The position numbers and the translations under genes are program-made. Shown one piece after another: positions 49,356 through 62,096 of a stretch of 64,000 nt of DNA; positions within the stretch are counted from its first letter, which is position 1; the number at the start of each line of letters is the position of its first letter. The DNA comes from Phoronis australis (Eukaryota; Animalia; Phoronida), in NCBI GenBank assembly GCA_002633005.1, contig NMRA01000087.1, positions 186,001 through 250,000 of the forward strand. The letters run 5' to 3'. A model generated the notes under the pieces. That model saw nothing but the letters and a program-made list of their open reading frames with translations, was not told the origin of the DNA and made no database searches.

Positions 49356-52300
49356 CTGAAACAAAGAAACTTGATTAGAGAACGATACATCACCAGTGGA
49401 CAAATTACTATTGTCAAGTTGAATGCATAGATTAATCAACAATAAAAATATCGTTCAACAGGCGGAGCTCTAACTGCTGACTGAACTGGACTCAGTTAAA
49501 ACAGCAGTGGACAACGTTATACAAGTTTTAAAAGATACTTTAATCAAATTCCTATTATTCACCATCAAGAACATGCGACATGTCGGAAGCCCATTTGCAG
49601 ATTGGCTATTCGAAAATCCCGCATAGCCTCAAACATAGAAAACATGCTTTAAACATGTATCTTCAAACAAGTAATAAACAACGTAAAACATTGGAAGGTC
49701 ATTGCTACGCATCCCGGTCGTAAAATTCTAATCTAAGGCAAAATTAACATATAATTTCTCCCATGATCGACTGAAGACTTAACTTCTCATTTATTGACAT
49801 TACTGTGCATCCAACGAAATGACGAAATCCAGATTATTGGGTGCCCAAAAAAATTGACATTTTATTAATTAACTATGTCTTGATAAATATATTTTCTCGC
49901 CAGTTGAGGGTGACAAATGTATCGATAACTGAATTTTAAGTGAAACCGGGGAATCCTCGCTTTTTTCAGGAGTCCAATAGATGAAAGGAGCGTGCCACAT
50001 GACAAGGAAAGCAGGGCGCATTCCGTAAGCGCTAGACACTTTCGGGAAAGTACGATCAAGCAAGTCTTCAAGAGTTATCGCCACGCATTACAAATGAAGC
50101 ACGTGATCACACCAAATTCACTCACGTGTGTCTCGCGTTTACGGAACGCTCCCAAGTTCTCATTTTGACTGCAGTCAGCTAACTATAATGGAAGTGATAA
50201 CACTGCCTGCCCTCAAAAACAAAGTAGATTTTGACCACTTACAGTACTTAAATTGGTATCAAAGTGTACCTTTCTCAAAAAAGAGGTGATTTCTATGCGT
50301 AGAAAGAACTACCCGGTAATTATTGTTTGTTATAAGGCTGAACAAGTTGGCTTGTCAAGGGGAGTTTCGTCATGAGCCTATCATGGGCTCGAGCAGTAAC
50401 GTAATAGCAGTTCTTTCAAAGTCAAGGAATCACTTCTCAGATGAGCAACGAACAAAGTTCTTTTCTTTGACGAAAAGTAGTTTAAAGCTGCCGTTTTAAT
50501 AGTTAGCTGTAAACGAATAAAGAAGCGATGAAACATAACACATTGAGCGACGATTTAATAATGGACAAATCATGCCGACAAAACGTGTCATGCGCACAAA
50601 CCGAGAGTACGATCATCTTCGTCTGTCATAATGCTCTGCAACATTTTAAACGTTTTCGAAGGGATATCTGCTCCTTTGTAACGAATTGAAGTCTCGTCGT
50701 AATGTGTAGGCACGTGAAGTTCTAAAAAGTTTGTGAAACATTCATCAATATTTACTCAAAGAAGACTGTGTAAACTGTTATGAAACTATATTTTTCGAGA
50801 TCTGTAAATGAAATTGCTTTGACCATCTCCTCGAAAGTTGTACGTAAGCCTAGTTATTAAGACTGAACAGGTAGAACGATTAACTAAATATGCAGTTTCA
50901 AGTGAAACTTGAAGTAATGTCGGCACCTGGCACATGGACGACTGGTGGTGCCACCTTACTCTCTGTTTTCTGCGGAGTTTTCGACACAGACGACTTCCGC
51001 TGTTGTTGAGTCTTGTGTTCGCTATGGTCTTCGGACGACACTTGACGCGGTATTTGTCGTATTTGCCTAATTTGGCGAGGAGCACCTAAGTTAATTGAAA
51101 CGTGAGAAGCGTTTGTTAAAGGAGAAGGCAGCGACTACACCTAAGGTAAGACATGCATTTCCAGTGGGCATTGTTCCGTGAGCAGTAGTACGAAGAGTTA
51201 ATTTACATATCGCGTGACATGGTCAATGATATAACTATTGTTTCAGTAACTAAACAGTGCTTAAGGCAATTTCCTACCGGTGAGAGTGACTAAGTGCCCC
51301 GTTATAGTACAATGTAATAGTGAAACTCGGCTATTCTACACCCTAGACACTTTGCTAGTAATCAAGTTCCATTAAAGCTACATTTCACCCTATTCAGCTG
51401 TCAATTTTCATTTCTTAACCGAACCTCTTTGGGTATAAAGCATTACCTCTCTCATCTGATCTTGAATTGTTGCCGAATGAGCAGGCAATGCTTACATGCG
51501 TCATTTTTGAAATCGCAATTTTTAGGTTGGCCAATCCATATAAACTTTGGGGCGATTTCTTGAGTCACTGATCGTTTCAATGTTCTTGTGGGTGACAAAA
51601 ATAGAACCCTAACACAAGAAGAAATATCATGAGGCAGATTTTGTTAGACTAAAGGGGGCGTGATTCTGTTTTAGTTTTAACCAGCTTAACAGGAGGACGT
51701 GCAGCTTTAGTGACCATGGTTACACTAAACAAAAGCATTCTACTTTACAACACACTAACCAGGTTCCCGATTATCTTCATCCGCCATAACATTCTGCAAC
51801 ATTCTAAACGTTTTTGACGGAATATTGGCTCCCTTGTAGCGGATCGACGCCTCGTCGTATTGCTCAGGCACGTCTAGTTGTTCTAAAACACGTGACATTA
51901 CAGCGTGTCTCACTGCGGTGCAGAGAACACCAATGGCACTCCTGGACTTACGGTTGCAATGGCTAGAGTGGTTCAGTGAGATTGGTTTCTAGGTACATTA
52001 AAGGCTTTAAAGATTCCTTTTGTTTTGCTTTCACTTTCTAGGCTCATAAAAAGTGAAGAAACCATCATTCGAATTCACGACCTTTTGGTTGCTGCACCAA
52101 CAGAAATTAAAACTTAACTTTAGATACGTAGATCTACATCACAATCTGTGAATTCAAAATGACGTCTTTTATAAAAAGCATCACTTAGAAAAGCTTTTGG
52201 TAATCTGGTTGGTCTTATAAATTTCATTTTATCAACTGCAGCAGACGTTCGTTGAAGTAGTAAAGAAAGTCCCGCCACTTTAGCCATATATTGGCTGCAC

Positions 52301-55300
52301 TTATTTGACTTCGCAAGTTCCGACGGATCAACTGGCTAAGACATCTGATTGGTCTGCAAGCCTGAAGTTGTCGACAACCAATCAGCCGGTTGAACCGGCA
52401 GAACCGGCGAAGACATTTAGTGCAGCTCATTTACATGCATCCGCAAGTTCAAAAGTACGTGCACCAGTTATTTTCACATTTTAAGTTGTCATTCAAAGGA
52501 GAACAGTTTATGCATTATTATCTAACTGCGCTACGTGTACATGTACGTGTTGAATCCTCACAGTGCTAGCTTATTATACCTATAAATGAAATTACTGTGC
52601 CGGTTTATAAATGCCACTCACAACGCAAGAGAAGAGATTACAACTAAATTAAACTAAGCTGTCAGATTGAAACCATCGTATTTCAAAACTTGCTACATGG
52701 TGCGAAGAGGAAATGTGAATTGAAACTGAACATTCGACAGAGGGTAACACGGAGCGATGGATGTCTCGGCGTTTGGGCGCAACCTTCCGTCGCGTGGCGC
52801 TATAATACAAAACTACCTTGTGGTCCGCGACCGGAAGGTGGCTCTTCGCTATCATCGCTATCTTGGGACGTCATGCGCTGAAGCATTCTGAAGGATCGAG
52901 AGGGGATTCTTTTAGTTGTACGGATGCTTCGATTTTCGTCATATCCGGTTGGTTGAACAGAGGTTCCTGATGATTAGAGGGACAGCAAGGAATGTGAGAA
53001 GAAATGGGCTCGAATGGTGGGTCTTTTAGAAAGTTATTCGAACACATTATGGCGTCGTAGTAGTTACATAATGCAGAAAAGTGAGAAAGGAAAGAAATGA
53101 ACAAGAAAAATCACACACACTCTAAATAAGGGACACACTGAAGAAAAGGAACACTTGCAGCCTTCTCAAAAAAGTTCTGTTTTAGCCTCCACGTTTCCAT
53201 GAAAGTGAGCAAATGAACATAATCTATGTATGAATGTGTTCAGTGGGAAATTCTGGAAAATTAGATGCGTAGATGAACGAATATGGTTTTAAGAAAAAAA
53301 TGTAGTAAAAATCAAGAGTAACAAAATGTCTGATTGATGCAAAGCTTTCTCACGGTACTAAAATATGGCTGATCATGAGTAACGTTTGAAATGCTAAAAG
53401 GATTGTTTAGGGCCCCTTACAATAAATCACATTGGTGTAAACTTTGGTTGAACATGAATTTGAAGTGTGACTATTTGTGTCACTGTGATTCACCATTTTG
53501 CTCTCTTTCTCTGTAAAATGCAGATAATGAACCAAGTTACTCAAACACGTGTCTAACGATATCTTACACCTTTCCACACGATTTAATTGATTTACTTCCC
53601 CAAAACATATAATTCACGCCATCAACAAGTAAAAAAGTGTGACACAGTCATCGCTTCTGACGAAGTCCGCCAACCACTTAAAAACTGGGTTGCTCCCAGG
53701 GGCGGATCCAGGATTTTGAGTTGGGGAGGCAGGGCAGGGTGTTAGCCAGGATTTTGCCCGTCAGATATTGGCATCCCCGTACTGCCAAATGGAATCTTGG
53801 AGAATTTTAGAGGGCCTTGGCTCCCTTGTCCAGCCTTAAATCCGCCACAGGTTCCAAGTCAATAGGTGACAATTTTATATCATTTTGTCGGCAAGGGCAA
53901 GTTTGAGACAAATTTGTGAGAGCTAATTTCGCGGTTTCAGTGATAAGATCGTAAAAGGGACGAAAGTAACCCGAACCATAGCGAATCATTTATTTTCTGA
54001 CTTCCGTACTTTGACTTGAAATTTTGCTTACAATCAGCAACTCCCAACGTAGGACAAAAATTCCGAAGATGCATGTCAAACTGTCAGGAATTTCCTACTG
54101 AACACACATAACTACATGTACAATTCATTTGCTCAAGTTCTTGAAAACTGGGAGCAAAAACAGCCAGTAAACTTACTTTTTTGAGTGTCTTTATTGTGCT
54201 ACAAATTGTCATGTTTTCTGGTACGTGATACTATGTAATTAAAACTCGTCATTTTCATGTACACATTGAAACACTTTAAACACTTTTATAGTTAGTATGT
54301 GAAAAAGAGGTTTAAGAATGTTTAAGCAATGTCTACGCAATACCAGACTAAGGGGTCAATTTCAATGGGGTTAAACAAAGGTGGCATAAAACAGTTGTAC
54401 GGGAGGTATCATGCCAACTAGAAAACATGACATTACTTGCAGACTCAAGCCGACAGCGCAATCACTTAACACTCATAGCTGTAAGAAAGTAAGGCATACA
54501 TTTAGACACTAGACAGAGAGGATTAGAAGCCAGTTGCACACCACCAAGAAGTGCTGCGAATAGACAGTGAAGAGGTAGTCAGAGGAAGGGGCAAAAGAAT
54601 TGAAGACGTGAAATGCAAGATAAAAGTGGATTTGTGGAACATGATAATGACGTTGTTGGTCGTGAGTGAAGCATTCCGATGGCGCGTGAGGCCTTCCACC
54701 AAACCTACCATGATTATAGTGGGCAGTGTCATCAGTTGGCTCCTGTTCGTCATTAAGAGTTAGTTGCTGGAGCCTCTGAAAGGCTCGCGATGGCACTGAC
54801 GTCTGGCGGTTAACTCCAGAGAAACGCATCTCGTCGTCGGGTGCGTTATGGACGCCGACCTCGGAACTCTGTCTACGTGCTACAAACAGAGAGCAGCAGA
54901 GAATAAAATGAATGAAAAGCTCAAAGACAATAAGTTGACGTCGAAGAGTATTTTCTCAACATTCAGATTTTAGTTAACGCATGTTAAAACAAAAAGTCTA
55001 CATACAAAGGACCAACATCCATGATGCTCAAACACTACACAAATTTGGTGTAGCAATTTTATTAAGAACCTGAGAATGGCACTGGTTGCATGCAAGATAT
55101 GATGATTTTCCGTTTATTTCGCATAAAAACAATTGCCAAAATTGTCATTTTACATCAAAGTCTGATTACTACGCTACAAACAGTGGGAACTTTAACAAAT
55201 ATTGTTTTGTGACATCTCCACAGTACAAACGATGCTAGTAATAGATTATTTTTTAAAAAACCTTTATTTTGTTGAGGAATTAGACAAACTAGAATTTCAC

Positions 55301-58300
55301 TTGTCAGCCATGATGCGTGTGAAGGATTGTCGTAATCGTTTTTGACGGCATTCCATCTATTTATTGGAACAGAAACGTGGTTGATTTTTATCAAGGTATC
55401 GGAATTTAAAATAGCCATTACAAGTATTTCTTACTAGCAAAAACGCTCAATAAGAAATATAGAAGTTAAAGTTTTTAACACACAAACTCCATACACACAT
55501 TGTTAAGTTACTTAAGTGCCTATGAACGCCATCTATGAGCATCATTTATCATTCCGGCAAAACTATATTGACACCATCCTAACAGCACCACATATCACAA
55601 GCGTGAATTTCATGTCCCAGCAAGATGAAAACTTTCATTACAACTTTTCCTGATTATAATTAGGTCTGCGGACCTGAAAGAGAGGAATAATGAACGGATA
55701 AAATCTGCATGTGTGATTGGTCACTCGTCTTTGTCCGTCATCAAGAAAACATACAACAAGTTCGAAAACCCAACGGTGTCACAAGACAACTAAACAATTG
55801 TTCGAGAGTGCGAGAGTCCAGGGCGGAGTCCAATAGTTGTCTCGCGGCTAGAAAAATCTAGCCAAAATCAAGAGTTCTCATTTAAAATGCACGGCAATAT
55901 CTCGCGTAGCCTCGCAAAGTTTTGCTTTTCTAGCGCTATTGAGCTCTATCTCTTTTTTCATTGCCTTTCAAGCGTGTCTTTGAAAGCCAACAAACAGCCA
56001 GTTATACAGTGAATCCCCGGATGCTTCGTTGAAAAACATGCAGGCAGGAGAAACAGAGTTCCATTACTCTGGGATTGTTTCACAGAAAGTTGTGTTCATG
56101 GGCACTTTAAGACATGTTATGTGTTGCAGTAAACAAACTTTTACCGTTCACTGGTTGAAGAAGACACTACAAGAGTTTGTTACAATAGTGCAGTTGCGGC
56201 AGCCAATGAACTTTGCACGACACATATGGCAGACACACACAAATACACACGCACACATTATCATCAGTCGGGACTGCGAGTGTATTTGAAGCCCATTCTG
56301 TTGATGCTCGATGACACGCGGCAAGTAAATGGGGTTAAGTAAGATATTCTAGGCAAATGAATGTCATTACTAAAACAGAACACGCCATGATCAGCATCTC
56401 CAGATTGGCCAGACCCTGCATCGCATGCATACTCATGCAAATGAACGAAACGTTTCAATAATCAATCACGTCAAAAACAAGACAGAAAGAGAGAGTTTCC
56501 CCAACGATTTCTGCTGTCGCAGTAGCTTGCTGTACCAAGAAGTGTGCCCATGCGCTTTCAAAATGTGCTTTGGACATTTGTACACAGATCTCACCGACAG
56601 GAAATTCACTGGAGCCCTTGGGACTACATCTTTGCACGCAGTAACGATGTATACGTGCAAAGGGTATTAAGAGAGAATCACGTAACGTCATTTGATTTGT
56701 CATCAATTACGGTAGTATAATAATGGTATAGAACAAAGAACATGGGTGCCATGTCAGTTGTTGTCCAGACTTCCGCATTACATTGACCCCCTCATCGCCA
56801 TGCAATTAATGAACACCGCCAACAAACGTTTCTCGACAAAGTATTTGTCGGGTGATATTAGCGCACAAATACAATCTCCGGACTGGGCTCCATATCTTTT
56901 GGGGTTAGACAGTGCAAGTAAACAAACGGAAGTATTTGGTTTTACAAATTTGAAACGGTGTACACACATATGAACTGGGATGTCAGGAGTCAGGCTGTTA
57001 ATACAAAATGTGAACACGCGATCAGATTACCATAACGGAGTTGGACAAGAACATTGTAACAAGGGATCTTTTCAAAAGGAGACAGGTAAAAAGTACTCGT
57101 GCGTGATGAGGAAAGAACGAACAAGGTTGCCATGACGACCGCCATGTACCTTTCGATTTGGCTACTGGTGGTTTGGAGGCAAGGGGCGCGACAGGTTTTT
57201 TGGAAAGTGTAAGGACTGCTTCAGGATAGTCATCGATTGCATCTTGGCCCTTATGCAAACCGAGCACCAAAAACTTGTCCTTAGAGCCTGAAAACCAGAC
57301 ATTCGTATTACATGCACCAGAAAAATTTCACAACGGAACACTCTTCGCCAAATGATGTAGATTTTCTTAAACTTTAACCAAACAACCAACTAATCACACA
57401 GCAAATCATGCACTTATAGTCATTCAACTGAAAATCGTAAAAATCATACATATGGTTTCTATCGAATATTCTAAAAATAAAAATGTGCGTTTATAATCAA
57501 ATCATAACGCTGTTGTAACTACTTAGAATTTAATCTACATATAGGTTGTAGTATGTATGTAAGCCCTCACAACATGTACCAGCTCTGCATACGAAAGCTT
57601 CCTATCGTGGATTCTCTTCCGAATGTTGCTCACGGTCAGCCGTAATTGAAAGGCTGAAGGAAATATTGGGATTCTAAACACAACTAAAAGACTGAAGGGA
57701 ATTTTGGGGGGTACTAAATAATCTTCAGCCATAAGCGCTGAAAAGCATTGTTCATGCTCGCACCCAGCCTAAAATATATGGGGCTCGAATTTTTCGTTAC
57801 TCGCACCTTTTACTGAAAAAATCAACGAGGACTAAAAAAAACGGGGCCACTAGGTTCAGTCCTCCGAATTGTGCATCCGCGCCGAATTCCTGAGGTCTTT
57901 GTGGACTTATGTCTCGTTTACTCGGATTGTTTTGTTTCACTGAGGCGGACCTTTTTGCCCAATTCGCCAAATGGGGGGGGGGGGGCNGCCCCCCGAGCCC
58001 CCCTGGATGCGCCCATGTTCTTCCGAAAATATTTCCACCTTAGAAGTCATTAGTTGTTGTGTTATTAACAGGATTGATGATAATTTACCTAATTAACAAC
58101 ACGTATGCATGACAGTAATGAACATAGCTGCTCAAAACAAATATACATACGTGGAGAGTGAACATTAGAAGGCTCATCCTCTTCCGTTTCCGTATCCGTC
58201 ATCCACTGTAGGACTCTGAACGACATCCCCATCTTGGTAGGATTCTTAAAAGCCGGCTCTTTATACTCCGGCTCCTGTGGTTTGGACGGATCGGGGGGTC

Positions 58301-61124
58301 GGTAGGATTTCGGAGCAGATTCCACCCCATGGAGCATTTTGAACGTTTCCGACTGGCTGTAGTCTTTAGATTCGGCAACCTTTGGCGCGCTAGCGAACAA
58401 CATTAGGCAGAAAATATACCACCCTTATAGCCTTATAGACAATTAAAATAATTACACAAGAGCGCCTACACTGACTCAGATACAACATATGGAGGTCTTA
58501 CTTTCACGAGAATTATTCTGGTGATACTAATTAAGAAAATCTAGAAGTGGTAACTTTTTAATGGTTCTGAGACCTCGTGAACAACACAGAAAGGTTTCTT
58601 TAGACGTAAGTACCAAATACAAATAATTCCATTTGACTTCTTTTGCTCATACCTCATCGCTCTGTAGTAGCAACAACTGTAATAATCCCAAATTTGGAGG
58701 TCCAAGCACCGCAACGAGGCGGCATACTATATGTGTTCCTGACAGTTTTCATGAAACTTTACATTACATCTGGATTGGATAGTCGCCGCAAGTGAAGAAT
58801 TCATATTCCTTTATATTCTTTGAGCAAAAGGGAATTTTGGTCGCAAAGCCAGAATCAAAGTAGTACGTAAAATAAGAAAACATCTTGCATCGAAGAAAGA
58901 TACTCTAGGAGAAGCCACGTACAATAATTCTACATCATGAAAATGTCACAATCGTGATGTGTGAAAAACGTCAACAGTCTTTATATTAATTGACGTGTCT
59001 CAGCGACAATGACTCCGCAAAACCACGTCATAATCACTTAACAACATCGACAGCAAGTGTTGGATGCACTATACCAATTCAGTTGTGTCTACCTCACGCG
59101 ATTTGCCGTCGAGAACATAGCTGAGCTTGGGGATGGAGACTTCTTCTTAGGCATAACTGGCGGAGGGTTTCTGAAAACCAAAGGAGTGTAAGCAAGTACT
59201 GGCAGTTGCTCTGTAACCTGTTGACGTTTGTCTTTTGACTTTTGTGATCACGAAAACCCAAACGTTGATTTTTGCCTTTTGCCTATCTCATAACGTTTCG
59301 TCTTCTGTCTATTCGAGCAGACTACTGATATTTGTATTTTATCCTGACTCAGCCACAGTTTGATTTTCGTGAAAAAGGGGTAAGCCATGCGTAAACTCAT
59401 TTTCAGCCAAAAAGACAAAAGTCAACAGATTCTTCTAGAAACAGGCCCCAGAAGCATCTAGTCAATCACCACAAACTTGCAGCAACAAGTCTAGGATTAT
59501 TCGTTGGATGTACCGTTTTCTCCAACATTCAACATTCATCTTGCGCGATATCGCCAACCTAGCAAGACCAAAAGCCTTATTGTACATACCCCAGTCGGAC
59601 AAAACTGAGACAACAATCACCTCGTGACTTACTTTGTTGAAGCGGACATACTGGGCAAAGACCTTAAAACTTAGGACTGCTATAGGAACAGTCTTCAAAC
59701 TGGAAACGGACATGGACGTGGCTCTAGTTCTGTCAATACGGTATAGGTAAAACTTACTTGTTCCTGTTTTTGAATTCTTTTATAGTTTCTGGAGTGATCC
59801 CAGGCAGGTACGCGTATGGCTTCTCTCCTCCTTTCTTTGTCGCCATAAGAGTCTGTATACTGTCCGGTATCTGTCCGCCTCCTGAATTATATGATTTGTC
59901 GTAGTTTTGTTGGTCATCCGAGGTTCCATTGGATTGCTGTGGGAATTCAATCAATTAGATACTCAAAACGTACACGTGAACATTATTCGAGTTCCAGTCT
60001 GAATACAGAGCCATCAACAAACTTAAACTGGTGCTTTCTACCCAAAAGGCCACTTTATCGTTACATGCATTTTTTATCTTGGTCCTTATTCACACTAAAA
60101 ATGATCTCTGGGATCGGCGATTTCTTCAGACCAAGTTCGTAAAGTCGGGCCAAAAAAGTAACAACAATTCTTTCGGCGCTCTGAAATCGCCTCCAGTTTG
60201 ACTGAGGAACGGTTCGAGGTCAATTTCATAACGGCAAGCGGTCTGAATCGAAAATCGTTTTAATTTTCTTATGGAAGTCGGGTTTAATGCCTCTTCAACC
60301 TTTCATAAATAAATCTGCACAAATTTCTATGTCTCGGTTTTATCGAAGGTAAACGCCGACACAGTTTCCCACTTGACAACAAAAGACAGGAAATGCAGTT
60401 AGTGAGTTGCACAATTTTGACGCAAGCTTTCAGATAGGCTTGGTTCGAATGTTCACAAAATTGCAGAAAGACACAATTATTGCCGGCTTATTAACCAGTG
60501 TACATTCTCTCTACCGGAAATTGCCCTCGTTGCATGATTGACACAAGTTGAGCGTTTGACATTAGAACATGCAGTCAACTTGGTCGAAAATTTGATTCTG
60601 ATAACACATACTCATACATAGCAGCACATGGTCGTGTGGAAATAATTTCGTGGATTCTCCACATGAATTTTATCAAATCCCACAGAGGAGGTTTCAATAT
60701 GTTTTTCTCGATCATCACTTACGTGTTGTTCCCTCCAGTTTGTGGGAACACCGACTGGAGGTGGTGGTGGAGGCGCTGGTGGTGGCGGTCCAACAGGGGG
60801 CGTCGGAGGCTGGTTCAGCATTTCAGGTGGAGGAGGTGGTGGTTGCCATATACCTGGCGATTGATAGCCGTCTGAGTCTGACTTCACTGGTGGGCTCCAA
60901 ACAGGCGGCGGCGGCGGGAAGTCATCCTGCGATTGCCTCCTCTCACTCTGGACTGGCGGACTCCACACGTGCGGGTTTCTTGCTTGCTGGGAAGGTGGGA
61001 TCCATATTGGAGGAACGCGACTTTCTGATGATGCACTAGAAGGTGACTGTCGAGCGCCGGGTGAAAAGAGGACAGGTCTGAAGTTTGTTCTTGTCTGTTC
61101 GTGGTCAGATGCATTCTGGGAATA

Positions 61125-61167
<43 letters not shown>

Positions 61168-61988
61168 AGTTGCTGCTGTTGCTGCTGCTGTTGCTGCTGC
61201 TGTTGCAGCTGCTGTTGCTGCAGCTCATTTCTAGGAAAGGACGCAAAACTATTATGTTGAAATGACTCTGAGGCATTTTGTATGGGCATTTGCAAGGACA
61301 GTGGTTTCTGTACATCCGGTGTTGGTTGAGCGGGGGCGAAAAACGAAAAAGCATCATTACACTCTGGAGATACAATTTGAGCTCTTGTCTCGTGCTGTGT
61401 GTTGNTCTGAAGTTTGTTCTTGTCTGTTCGTGGTCAGATGCATTCTGGGAATATTGCTGCTGCTGCTGCTGCTGCTGCTGCAGTTGCTGCTGTTGCTGCT
61501 GCTGTTGCTGCTGCTGTTGCAGCTGCTGTTGCTGCAGCTCATTTCTAGGAAAGGACGCAAAACTATTATGTTGAAATGACTCTGAGGCATTTTGTATGGG
61601 CATTTGCAAGGACAGTGGTTTCTGTACATCCGGTGTTGGTTGAGCGGGGGCGAAAAACGAAAAAGCATCATTACACTCTGGAGATACAATTTGAGCTCTT
61701 GTCTCGTGCTGTGTGTTGCCATTATAATTTGCATAATTATTTTGCTGATATTCGTTGTGCCCAGAACTCGTTTGTCTCTGAATATTATTATGTCGTATTT
61801 GTATTGGTTGACCGCCTTGGTTGGACGGGGTCTGCTGGTAATTGATTTGTATTGGCACTTGTCGTTGTTGGTGATACTGTTCATGCTGTGGTGCCGTCTG
61901 TTGAGGGCTTTGAGGACTCAATGGTTGCTGTCTCTGTTGAGGACTTAGAGGGCTCAATGGTTGCTGCCTCTGCACAAGATTACAGCCC
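49264..61988 (-). CDS. Gln/Pro-rich protein with repeated PSxxF(R/K)xLQ (ALP/Zasp-like) motifs, multi-exon gene span, 5' end missing
   Basis: A consistent-phase GT-AG exon chain reads polyQ, polyP, KKGGEKPYAYLPG, six FxxL(Q/H) motif copies and C-terminal GTTDF*. Confidence 0.8.
50602..50721 (-). CDS. Exon of minus-strand gene (motif copy, duplicate of 51760-51882)
   Basis: LHVPTHYDETSIRYKGADIPSKTFKMLQSIMTDED. Confidence 0.88.
50960..51085 (-). CDS. Exon of minus-strand gene (spacer; alternative in-phase donor at 50927)
   Basis: APRQIRQIRQIPRQVSSEDHSEHKTQQQRKSSVSKTPQKTE; phase 1-1. Confidence 0.7.
51760..51882 (-). CDS. Exon of minus-strand gene (motif copy)
   Basis: LDVPEQYDEASIRYKGANIPSKTFRMLQNVMADED. 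Confidence 0.88.
52817..52966 (-). CDS. Exon of minus-strand gene (motif copy)
   Basis: TGYDENRSIRTTKRIPSRSFRMLQRMTSQDSDD; not in the ORF track. Confidence 0.85.
53697..53851. mobile_element. Harbinger-like MITE fragment
   Basis: caggggcggatccaggatt ... aaatccgccacagg inverted ends. Confidence 0.5.
54709..54879 (-). CDS. Exon of minus-strand gene (motif copy)
   Basis: HNAPDDEMRFSGVNRQTSVPSRAFQRLQQLT. Confidence 0.85.
57150..57287 (-). CDS. Possible cassette exon of minus-strand gene
   Basis: ttttcag acceptor; 138 nt, phase 1-1, open (SKDKFLVLGLHKGQDAIDDYPEAVLTLSKKPVAPLASKPPVAKSK); gtacat donor. Confidence 0.55.
57753..58017. mobile_element. MITE with short TIRs (related copy about 34249-34450)
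   Basis: catgctcgcacccag / ctggatgcgcccatg; shares gcacccagcctaaaatata and cggacctttttgc with the 34.2 kb copy. Confidence 0.6.
58151..58389 (-). CDS. Exon of minus-strand gene (motif copies)
   Basis: DYSQSETFKMLH...MGMSFRVLQWMTDTE; gtatgt donor. Confidence 0.85.
59093..59170 (-). CDS. Exon of minus-strand gene
   Basis: NPPPVMPKKKSPSPSSAMFSTANRV; phase 2 to phase 2, fits neighbours. Confidence 0.7.
59758..59936 (-). CDS. Exon of minus-strand gene
   Basis: QSNGTSDDQQ...IPDSIQTLMATKKGGEKPYAYLPGITPETIKEFKNRN; gtaagt donor. Confidence 0.85.
60723..61988 (-). CDS. Large Gln/Pro-rich exon (contains artefactual duplication at N 61405)
   Basis: tttgcag acceptor; QRQQPLSP..., polyQ, VWSPPV repeats, polyP, ...NWREQH; gtaagt donor. 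Confidence 0.8.
61077..61718. repeat. ~320-bp direct duplication across a single N (probable assembly artefact; copies differ by 5 Gln codons)
   Basis: 61077-61404 versus 61406-61718; N at 61405. Confidence 0.85.
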
Positions 61989-62096
61989 CTGCAAAATTAC
62001 ATGGACACTATATGTCATACTTGCTCGGAATTTGAATGAAGTAAAAAATAGCGAAACTGCGCATCGACAGAGCTATTATCAAAATAGCAAACACTA

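Noticed and set aside
57535-57732. Minus-strand ORF as an extra exon
   Set aside because: The plausible donors are phase 0 and incompatible with the surrounding phase-1 exons.
61262-61948. Plus-strand polyC / polyL ORFs
   Set aside because: Antisense frames of the polyQ exon.
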